Source: Candidatus Parcubacteria bacterium (lineage in GTDB: Bacteria; Patescibacteriota; Patescibacteriia; Patescibacteriales; UBA12465). Taken from it: 64,000 bases of DNA. A model generated the notes under the pieces. That model made no database searches, was not told the origin of the DNA, and saw only the letters and a list, made by a program, of their open reading frames with translations. The stretch spans positions 463,717-527,716 of the forward strand of contig AP029158.1 of NCBI GenBank assembly GCA_037076615.1. Reading direction: 5' to 3'. Every line of letters starts with the position of its first letter. Positions within the stretch are counted from its first letter, which is position 1. The translations under genes were made by a program, and so were the position numbers. Shown here in pieces: positions 44,805 to 52,644 of the stretch.

Positions 44805-45521
44805 TTATTGTAAGTACTGGGAAACAATTGTCTTCAAACCTTCCACTTCTTTGCCGTCGCTATCGGTATAATTTTCATAGGGACGAGCACCGACAATTAT
44901 ATCATCATTGATAAATAAAGTCGGCGCGCCATAGACTGAATGGCTCTTGGCCGCGGCTGTTTCCTGTAGTATTATTCCCTGTTTTTCGGTATTGGTCAAG
45001 CAAGACTTAAAATCTTCTTCATTCAACTTCAATTCTTGCGCGACCCGCAGCAGTGATTGCTCGGTTAAGCGGTCATCTTTTACAATTTTAAAAACTTCAG
45101 TACGCATTTTTTTCCATTCTTTCTGCTCGCCGGCGCAACGAACCGCCATTGCGGCCAGTAAAGAATCAGCTTTTTCCCGAACAGCATAAGGACGAACGGT
45201 AATGGCCACCGACTTCCCAAATTCCGCCCGGATTCTATCTAAATTATCGGCATTAATCGCCGAGAACTCACTCGCATAATCTTCATAGACCACAATCTTA
45301 AGGTCTGCCTTCTCTGATCCTAAAACAAAATCAGCGGCCGACAAAACCGGCGGCTCATCAGCAACAAAACTGGCCGATTTTTCGGTCAAAGGTGAAACCG
45401 TTTCATTTGCTGGCTCCCCGGCCTTTTGTTTGCTAAACATTAAAGCTACTAAAGAGAGAGCAACCACCAAAGTAATAGTCCAGAGAACGGCTTTAGATTT
45501 TTTTAATTCAAGCTTAGTCAT
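44805..45521 (-). CDS. DsbA-family thioredoxin-fold protein, membrane-anchored, active-site CxxC replaced by SxxS
   Basis: 238 aa. N-terminal TM segment. DsbA/BdbD-like motifs CAGEQKEWKKM and YGAPTLFINDDIIVGARP. YEDYASEFSA stands where F.D..CP.C is expected. Confidence 0.7.
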   Translation of the reverse strand: MTKLELKKSKAVLWTITLVVALSLVALMFSKQKAGEPANETVSPLTEKSASFVADEPPVLSAADFVLGSEKADLKIVVYEDYASEFSAINADNLDRIRAEFGKSVAITVRPYAVREKADSLLAAMAVRCAGEQKEWKKMRTEVFKIVKDDRLTEQSLLRVAQELKLNEEDFKSCLTNTEKQGIILQETAAAKSHSVYGAPTLFINDDIIVGARPYENYTDSDGKEVEGLKTIVSQYLQ

Positions 45522-45525
45522 AATT

Positions 45526-46980
45526 TTACTTAAACTTTAAAGGAGTAAAGGCCACCCGCGTCTCTAAAGCTTGAGCCATAGACAGTAGATGCCCTTCGCT
45601 TCCGGCTGGGGCAATTAACTGCGCGCCAATCGGCAAATCTACGCCTTCTTTTTCCACTAAACCAACCGGTACCGAAATTGCCGGCAAACCGGCCAGACTC
45701 GGGGCCGTTAAATAAATATCCTCCAAATACATGGACAGCGGATCAGTATTTTTTTCACCTAATTTAAAAGCTGGTTGCGGCTGAGTCGGCACTAAAAGCA
45801 CATCACACTCTAAAAAAGCTTCGGCAAAATCTTGATTAATCAGAGTGCGCACAGCCTGCGCTTTTTTATAATAAGCTTCATAGTAACCGGATGACAAGGA
45901 AAAAGTGCCCAGCATAATCCGGCGTTTAGTTTCCGCTCCAAACCCCTGCCCGCGATTCTTTTTATAAAAATCTTCTAAATTGCCACTTTCATCGCTACGA
46001 TACCCCCAAGCCACACCATCAAAACGAGCCAGGTTAGAACTTATTTCCGAGGGGGTAATAACATAATAAGCGGGAATAGCGTATTTAGTATTAGGCAAAC
46101 TCACTTCAACCACGGTTGCTCCGGCCGCGATTAACCATTCTTTGGCTTGCTCCAGACTGGCGGCAATTTTCGGATCCAAACCCTCATCATAGTATTCTTT
46201 AGGTAAACCAATTTTTAAGCCGCTAACATCTTCTTTTAATCCAAGCTCCCGGCCGCCAGGATAAGTGTTAGCATCTTTAGTGTCCGCTCCGGCAATTACC
46301 TCATAAACTAAGGCGGCATCTTTAACATTTTTAGTAATCGGTCCGACAACATCAGTTGAAGAAGTCATTGATATTAAGCCAAAACGAGAAACGGCACCGT
46401 AAGCCGGTTTAAAGCCAACGACCCCACAGTAAGCCGCGGGCTGTCTAATGGAACCGCCAGTATCCGACCCTAAGGCAAACAAACAAAAATCAGCCGCCAC
46501 CGCGGCCGCACTGCCGCCGGAGGAACCACCGGGAACGCGGGTTAAGTCCCAAGGATTATGAGTTGGCCCAAAAGCGGAAGTTTCAGTGGAGCCGCCATGA
46601 GCAAATTCATCTAAGTTAGTCTTGCCAATTAACACTGCCCCGGCCTCTGCTAATTTACTGATTACCGTGGCGTTATAAGGGGCAACATATTTTTCTAAAA
46701 TCTTTGAGGACGCGGTCGTACGTAAACCTTTGGTCAAAAAATTATCTTTCGCCAGATAAGGGATCCCTAAGAGCGATCCTTTTTCACCGGCGGTAATTCT
46801 TTTGTCGGCCCGAGCGGCTGCTTCTCGCGCGCCCGCTTCATTTAAAGTGACTAAGGCGCGCAAACGCTCATCACCGTTATCAATCTGCGCCAAACAATCC
46901 TCCAGTAATTTAGTGGCAGTCAGTTCCCCACTATCAAGCAGGCGTCGAGCTTCAGAAATAGTTAAACGATTAGTTTCCAT
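45526..46980 (-). CDS. gatA: Glutamyl-tRNA(Gln)/aspartyl-tRNA(Asn) amidotransferase subunit A
   Basis: 484 aa. Amidase signature GGSSGGSAAAVAA and GSDTGGSIRQPAA. Confidence 0.95.
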   Translation of the reverse strand: METNRLTISEARRLLDSGELTATKLLEDCLAQIDNGDERLRALVTLNEAGAREAAARADKRITAGEKGSLLGIPYLAKDNFLTKGLRTTASSKILEKYVAPYNATVISKLAEAGAVLIGKTNLDEFAHGGSTETSAFGPTHNPWDLTRVPGGSSGGSAAAVAADFCLFALGSDTGGSIRQPAAYCGVVGFKPAYGAVSRFGLISMTSSTDVVGPITKNVKDAALVYEVIAGADTKDANTYPGGRELGLKEDVSGLKIGLPKEYYDEGLDPKIAASLEQAKEWLIAAGATVVEVSLPNTKYAIPAYYVITPSEISSNLARFDGVAWGYRSDESGNLEDFYKKNRGQGFGAETKRRIMLGTFSLSSGYYEAYYKKAQAVRTLINQDFAEAFLECDVLLVPTQPQPAFKLGEKNTDPLSMYLEDIYLTAPSLAGLPAISVPVGLVEKEGVDLPIGAQLIAPAGSEGHLLSMAQALETRVAFTPLKFK

Positions 46981-46981
46981 A

Positions 46982-47266
46982 TTATAAAACGCGCTTTACT
47001 TTTACTAAACCATCCTCCAATTCGCTGCTCGCTAAAGCGGCCGCGACTTCTTCTTCGGACCAAGGGGCAACCGCATCCGAGCGCCAAACATTACTTAACT
47101 TCCCAACGGCTACGGTCGGCGCCACCGCACTAGTGTCAGCTTCATTTAACAAATCTACATAATCCAAAATGGCGCTTAGTTGCGCCCCGTAATTTTCTTC
47201 TTCAGCGGCACTTAATTCCAAGCGCGCCAAATCGGCAATATGTTTTACTTCCTTTGCTTCTAACAT
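46982..47266 (-). CDS. gatC: Amidotransferase subunit C
   Basis: 94 aa. IADLARLELS..E, directly upstream of gatA. Confidence 0.85.
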   Translation of the reverse strand: MLEAKEVKHIADLARLELSAAEEENYGAQLSAILDYVDLLNEADTSAVAPTVAVGKLSNVWRSDAVAPWSEEEVAAALASSELEDGLVKVKRVL

Positions 47267-47270
47267 AAAA

Positions 47271-48434
47271 TTAATCTAAACCCGGCATTTTTTCACCACC
47301 TAAATAAGAAAGCATCGCCCCACCGCCGGTAGAAATAAAATCTACATACTCTGACATTTTTGTTTGTCCTAGAGCCGCCACTGTTTCCCCACCGCCCACC
47401 AAACCGAAAGCATGGCCAGTTGAACGAGCGGCAATCGCCATCGCAATATTTAAAGTGCCGGCGCTATAAGCGCGCTCTTCAAAATAGCCCATCGGACCAT
47501 TCCAAACAATTGTTTGCGCTTCTTTAATGTACTCACCAAAAATCCGAATCGTTTCCGGACCGATATCTAAAATCGTGTCGGTCGGACTTACTTTTTCCAC
47601 CGCCAACACCTGGGCCTGCCCCTTCTCATTTTTTACCACCACATCAATTGGCAAAATAATATCAGCCGCCACTTCCCCTTTCTTGAAGAAAACTTCAAGC
47701 TCGGACAACTGATCTTCATCAACTAAAGACTGCCCTACTTCCAAACCGGAAAATTTAAAAAAATTATTGGCCAAGGCGCCGCCGATTAATACTTTACGAG
47801 CAGAAGCCCTTAACTTTTTAATTAAAGGCAATTTAGTGGTAATCTTGGCTCCACCCATCACAACGACTAAAGGCTGAGTTGGTTCTAAAATTTTATCTAA
47901 CGCTTCAATTTCACCAACTAACTGAAGCCCTTGGTAATTTGGCAGAAGTCGACGAAGGGCCGACACAGAAGCTTGCTGGCGATGAGAAACGGAAAAAGCT
48001 TCATTGATGTAGACATCGCCGTAAGCGGCTAATTTTTTCGCAAACTTAGAATCATCTTGATATTCACCTTTATTAAAACGGAGATTTTCTAAAAGTAATA
48101 CTTCTCCATCCTTTAAACTGGCCACCGCCTCATCGGCCCGATAACCAACCGTTTCTTTAACAAAGATGACGGGGCGCTTCAACAATTCACTCAAACGAGC
48201 AACAATCGGCTTTAATGATAACTCTGGGACAATCTCCCCAGCCGGATCCCCTAAATGAGCCAATAAAATAACGCGCGCGCCTTGGCTCAACAAAAATTCT
48301 AAAGTCGGTAGGGCGGCCTGCAAACGATAATCATCAGTAATCTCACCATCTTTGAGGGGCACATTAAAATCAACGCGCACCAAAACTCTTTGCCCTTTAA
48401 TTTTTTTTAAGTTCTTGATGGAGTTTAATTTCAT
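47271..48434 (-). CDS. pgk: Phosphoglycerate kinase
   Basis: 387 aa. RVLVRVDFNVPL, ILLAHLG, STGGGAMLSYLGG. Confidence 0.95.
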   Translation of the reverse strand: MKLNSIKNLKKIKGQRVLVRVDFNVPLKDGEITDDYRLQAALPTLEFLLSQGARVILLAHLGDPAGEIVPELSLKPIVARLSELLKRPVIFVKETVGYRADEAVASLKDGEVLLLENLRFNKGEYQDDSKFAKKLAAYGDVYINEAFSVSHRQQASVSALRRLLPNYQGLQLVGEIEALDKILEPTQPLVVVMGGAKITTKLPLIKKLRASARKVLIGGALANNFFKFSGLEVGQSLVDEDQLSELEVFFKKGEVAADIILPIDVVVKNEKGQAQVLAVEKVSPTDTILDIGPETIRIFGEYIKEAQTIVWNGPMGYFEERAYSAGTLNIAMAIAARSTGHAFGLVGGGETVAALGQTKMSEYVDFISTGGGAMLSYLGGEKMPGLD

Positions 48435-48439
48435 ATATT

Positions 48440-49591
48440 TTATTGTCTATTTGAAGTCGCTAAAAGTTCGGTGAGGGTAACTTCTACCTCATTAAGTGAT
48501 CCTGCTCGGTCATAACTTAGAACTAAACGATCTCCGGGCAAGTGACCGACTAAAGCGGCCGTTAAGGTGAAATCTCGATTTAATTCTTGATTGTTAACTT
48601 TTAAGATCACATCACCAGCCTTAAGTCCGGCCGCCGCCGCTGGACTACCCGATAAAACAGCCGGCTTATCCGAATCTACCAACCAGGCGCCACGATCTAA
48701 TTTGGAATCAGTAGCCACCGTGCGACTTAAGTCCCAATAATTAACCCCTAAGAAAGGCCAAGATAATTTTCCTTTACTGATCAAAGACTGCCAAGCGGAA
48801 TTAAATAAATAAGCAGGATGTAAAACCTTATCTTCACCCCACCAACCAACAAAGCCCCCACTTAAAGTAAAAGCTAAAGATTGGTTAAAGGTTGCGTCCG
48901 GTGCTTGCGCTAAGACTAATTGTGCTTCGGGGTGATCACTGCTAATAACGCCAGCTGGATAAGTTTTGGCAATCACGGTATTCGGCAAAATCTCACCACT
49001 AGCAGTTAATAAAATAATTGAAGTTCCGGGCTTGAGATCGGTCGCCGCCGCTAAAGACCGCACCGGTAAATTCTGCGCACCCTTTAATTTAATTAGGGAT
49101 ATTTCTTGCTCCCCGGGCAACACTACCGGCAACACCTTTTCTAAACTGTATTTACTCCGATCAGAACCTAAAACAAAATAATTTTCTAAATCCGCCTCAC
49201 TCACCATCGGCAACTCACCATTAACCAAGACCCAACCATCGGCAGAAATAATAAAACCAAAACCAAGGGCGTCGGCCAAGTGATAAAATGGCGCTTCTAA
49301 AGACTCTCCTTCTGTCTCCTTAAAAATACTCACCAAGGATGGTCTTACCGTCGCAGCCGTTTCCTCAACTTTGACATCTTGATTAACAACCACATTTTTA
49401 GCGTCCTGAATAATCAAATTAGCCCGGTCATAGATAGAGTCGGCCAAATTTAATTCGGGGCGTGATCCAGTAATACTGCTTAACTCTTCGTCTAAATAAG
49501 TGGTGGCAATAATGGATGCTAAGGCTCCGGTTAAAGCGCCAAAGGTAATCGCTGAGATAATGACCGTAAATAAATAACTGGGTTTTTTCAT
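48440..49591 (-). CDS. HtrA/DegP-like trypsin-fold protein with C-terminal PDZ; catalytic His not evident
   Basis: I prefer the start MKKPSYLFTVII (49591). GFGFIISADGWVLVNGELP stands where GSGF.I..DG...TN.HV is expected. LSGG corresponds to GNSGG. PDZ segment GSPAAAAGLKAGDVILKVNNQEL. Confidence 0.55.
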   Translation of the reverse strand: MKKPSYLFTVIISAITFGALTGALASIIATTYLDEELSSITGSRPELNLADSIYDRANLIIQDAKNVVVNQDVKVEETAATVRPSLVSIFKETEGESLEAPFYHLADALGFGFIISADGWVLVNGELPMVSEADLENYFVLGSDRSKYSLEKVLPVVLPGEQEISLIKLKGAQNLPVRSLAAATDLKPGTSIILLTASGEILPNTVIAKTYPAGVISSDHPEAQLVLAQAPDATFNQSLAFTLSGGFVGWWGEDKVLHPAYLFNSAWQSLISKGKLSWPFLGVNYWDLSRTVATDSKLDRGAWLVDSDKPAVLSGSPAAAAGLKAGDVILKVNNQELNRDFTLTAALVGHLPGDRLVLSYDRAGSLNEVEVTLTELLATSNRQ

Positions 49592-49598
49592 ATAAATT

Positions 49599-50363
49599 TT
49601 AGTTAAACCACCGCGCGGTGAGCAAGAGCAAGGTGAGCCCGGCACCACTCGCCAAAAGGTAATAACGAACCTTTTTTGGCGTTAAGGCTTGACGCAAATA
49701 AAGTTTGATTAAATTGATTAATAAATAATAAACAGTAGCTAAGCAGAGAGCGGAGACATTGTATTGTAGGGGTAAAAGCAAATAGATAAAAGCCACTTGC
49801 GCTAAAATAGAGACAATAATTAAAGAAAAGCGGCCACGAACTGCTAATTCGGCCGGCTCATCTTCTAAATTAACAAAGGCGAGCCCTAAGCTGAAAGCGA
49901 TAAAGATCAAAAACATCGGCCAAGTGGTCAGATTAAGTAGTGATTGAAGACCAAACATTGAGGCCGCGGAGAAAAATACTGTCATGAGCCCCCCAAAAGA
50001 TTTAGCCACCGCAAACTCTTCGGCGGTATAAAGCTTAGGGCGGCGATAATAGTAATAAAGATTCCGGAAATAAACGAATAGGAAAATCGTGTTGAGCAGA
50101 AAAATCGTCTGTACTATTATTTTATTCATCTGCAGGCTGGCATAGACCGAACTCGCCACCAAAAAACCGGCGGGAATAAAAGAGGCCAGTAGCCAGGGCC
50201 ACGGACGATTAGCCGAGCGCAGTGACCAAGTCAGCGCTAAAGTTAGAAGCACGGACACCCCTAAAGAGACATAAAAAGCATCCGGCCGAAAAAAATAAAC
50301 CTCGGCGAGCAGTAAAATAATGATGGGGTAAATTGTAACCGCTAAACGTTGAAATTGTTTCAT
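49599..50363 (-). CDS. Hypothetical polytopic membrane protein
   Basis: 254-aa ORF, about 7 hydrophobic segments. No recognisable motif. Confidence 0.4.
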   Translation of the reverse strand: MKQFQRLAVTIYPIIILLLAEVYFFRPDAFYVSLGVSVLLTLALTWSLRSANRPWPWLLASFIPAGFLVASSVYASLQMNKIIVQTIFLLNTIFLFVYFRNLYYYYRRPKLYTAEEFAVAKSFGGLMTVFFSAASMFGLQSLLNLTTWPMFLIFIAFSLGLAFVNLEDEPAELAVRGRFSLIIVSILAQVAFIYLLLPLQYNVSALCLATVYYLLINLIKLYLRQALTPKKVRYYLLASGAGLTLLLLTARWFN

Positions 50364-50408
50364 ATTTTGAATATATAGGAAAATTGGGGACAGAGCAACT
50401 CCTGGCGC

Positions 50409-51083
50409 TTAATAAACCTCCACCGGAGTACCAACCCCAACTCGCTCAAAAAGGTAGGCGGCGGGGATAATTCCTAGGCGAATACAGCCATGAGAAACCG
50501 GCCGACCTAAATGATCAGACCCTTCGCGATAACCGTTCGGCCAATAAGGGAGCTGATGAATGCCGATACCCCCCACGATTCCTAACCAGTAAGGCATATA
50601 AAGGCCATAATTTTTAGACCAAGCCAACTCGGCTTTGTTGCGAATTTGAAAGTTACCGGTCGGGGTCGGCATGCTCGGCTTCCCGGAAGAAATCATAAAC
50701 TCCCGCCAGCGCACCCCATTTACTAAATAAAATAAACGTTGATTCTTTAAATCAATTTCAATTTTCTGCGGAAATTTTTGAGTAGAAGAACTTAAGGGAT
50801 CATAGGCATTATCAATCTCGGTAAAATCAGAGTGGCCATCGCCATCACTATCAGGATTATTTAAATCGGTGCCAAAAATCCACTCAAACTCATCAGTCAA
50901 GCCGTCGCCATCACTATCAAAATAGGGATTGGTAGCAGCAATCTCTTTAGCCTTCTGCCAGCGAACGGCATCAGAAGCGGCGCGCTCCTCGGGAGACAGC
51001 GCTAAAGCGGCGCCGACACCGGCCAGAAATAAAAGACCAACAATTAAAATAACCTTAGTGATTGGCTTTATCTTAAAACTCAT
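50409..51083 (-). CDS. L,D-transpeptidase (YkuD domain) with Asp-rich calcium-binding-type repeats
   Basis: 224 aa. Signal/TM segment, DSDGDGLTDEFE and DSDGDGHSDF repeats, catalytic SHGCIRL. Confidence 0.8.
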   Translation of the reverse strand: MSFKIKPITKVILIVGLLFLAGVGAALALSPEERAASDAVRWQKAKEIAATNPYFDSDGDGLTDEFEWIFGTDLNNPDSDGDGHSDFTEIDNAYDPLSSSTQKFPQKIEIDLKNQRLFYLVNGVRWREFMISSGKPSMPTPTGNFQIRNKAELAWSKNYGLYMPYWLGIVGGIGIHQLPYWPNGYREGSDHLGRPVSHGCIRLGIIPAAYLFERVGVGTPVEVY

Positions 51084-51085
51084 AA

Positions 51086-52642
51086 TTATCTTTTACTAAA
51101 CTCACAGCCACAAAATTTTTGTCGGTAAAAACCTAAGTCTTTCGCTAGCGTTTGGGACTGCGGATAAATATCAGGCGCACTAAAATCCTCTTCTAAGAAT
51201 TTAAGACCACTGATTTCAGCAATCTCGGCTCCCAATTTTTTTAAAAGGGCGCGATCTTTGTAAGGAGAAACTAATAAGCTGCTAGAAAAGTATTCGCAGT
51301 TTTCTTGCTTGGCGACAACCGCGGCCGATTCTAAACGGCGGCGATAACAAACGGCGCAACGCTTCCCGCGCTCCGGTTCAGACTCCAAGCCTTTAACGGC
51401 CTCGTGCCAAGGCTCAGGTTCATAAGGCGCAACTATCAGCTTAAGACGGTAGAGACCAGCCATTTGCTTAACGGCGGCCAAACGCACCTCATATTCTTCT
51501 TTGGTGTTCAAGTTGGAATTGTCAAAATATAAAACCACTTTATAAACCGGTTTCAATAAAGTTTTAATAATGTAGGCACTGCAAGGAGCACAGCAAATAT
51601 GAAGTAAGAGTCGCGGCTTCCCTTTTTTAATTAGGCGCGGTAAAAAAATCACTAACAAGAAAATAACAGCTACTAACCCCAGAAGAGCTAAGAGTTTACC
51701 CCGACTCTGTAAAAATAAGCCGGCCACACCGAAAGTGACGGCCAGAATGTAAAAAACAAAAACCGTCTGCTTCTGATTTAGACCGGCCGCCAGTAAGCGG
51801 TGGTGAAAATGTTTTTTGTCCGGACTGCGGAAGGGGTTTTTACCGGCCACCAATCGCCGAGTGATCGTCCAGGCGACATCAATGATCGGCAAACCCATAA
51901 TGAGCAAAGCAATCGCAATTTTACTACCGGAGATAATAGAGAGCACGCCTAAAGAAAAGCCTAAAAATAGTGAACCGCCTTCGCCCAGAAATATTGAAGC
52001 GGGGTTAAAATTAAAAATTAAAAACCCGGCTGTCGCCGCCACCAAAATCAAAGAAGCGAGCGCGATATCAGGTTGATAATAATTAGTGGTCAAGGTAAAG
52101 AGAAAAATCACCAGGGCGCCGATTAAAGAAACGCCGCTCACCAAGCCATCGACACCGTCTAAAAGTTTAGTAGTGTACATCATGCCCAAGAGCCACAGAC
52201 TAATTAATAGGGGTGATAACCAGGGCCAGTCGCTAAGATTAACAATACCCCCTTGAAAATCGGATAGCCGGGCAATCTCAACGCCACCTAATAAAACGGC
52301 CGCAACCGCTAAGAAAGGGAAAAATAATTGTTGCCAGGGCTGAAGATTATATTTGTCATCTAAAAAGCCACCAATCATCAAAATTGCCCCGCCGATTAAG
52401 AAGCCGACCCAGTGCGCGGCGGTTAAATCACCGACCAATAAATACTGATGAAAAATTAAAAAAGTAATCGCCAGGGCCAAGTAAATCGCCGTTCCTCCTA
52501 GTAGTGGCGTCGCCCGCCGGTGAATTTTTCGACCGCCATCCGGTTGATCTAAAATTTTAAAACGCCAAGCCAGCCGTCGCACCAAAAACGTGCCCAGGAC
52601 ACTAAGAGAAAAAGCACAAATAGCCGCAAGAAGGTAAATCAT
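51086..52642 (-). CDS. Fusion protein: WecA/MraY-family polyprenyl-phosphate HexNAc-1-P transferase (N-terminal) plus DUF208/QueH-like Fe-S domain (C-terminal)
   Basis: 518 aa. N-terminal DDKYNL, TKLLDGVDGLVSG, FLGEGGSLFLGF. From about aa 345: LLLHICCAPCSAY ... CAVCYRRRL ... YRQKFCGCEFS, the Cys pattern of epoxyqueuosine reductase QueH. Confidence 0.7.
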   Translation of the reverse strand: MIYLLAAICAFSLSVLGTFLVRRLAWRFKILDQPDGGRKIHRRATPLLGGTAIYLALAITFLIFHQYLLVGDLTAAHWVGFLIGGAILMIGGFLDDKYNLQPWQQLFFPFLAVAAVLLGGVEIARLSDFQGGIVNLSDWPWLSPLLISLWLLGMMYTTKLLDGVDGLVSGVSLIGALVIFLFTLTTNYYQPDIALASLILVAATAGFLIFNFNPASIFLGEGGSLFLGFSLGVLSIISGSKIAIALLIMGLPIIDVAWTITRRLVAGKNPFRSPDKKHFHHRLLAAGLNQKQTVFVFYILAVTFGVAGLFLQSRGKLLALLGLVAVIFLLVIFLPRLIKKGKPRLLLHICCAPCSAYIIKTLLKPVYKVVLYFDNSNLNTKEEYEVRLAAVKQMAGLYRLKLIVAPYEPEPWHEAVKGLESEPERGKRCAVCYRRRLESAAVVAKQENCEYFSSSLLVSPYKDRALLKKLGAEIAEISGLKFLEEDFSAPDIYPQSQTLAKDLGFYRQKFCGCEFSKR

Positions 52643-52644
52643 AA

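Noticed and set aside
44615-44827. 70-aa ORF on the minus strand
   Set aside because: It runs straight through tRNA-Ser(GGA) and its terminator hairpin and overlaps the end of the DsbA-like gene. It is an artefact of the ORF scan.
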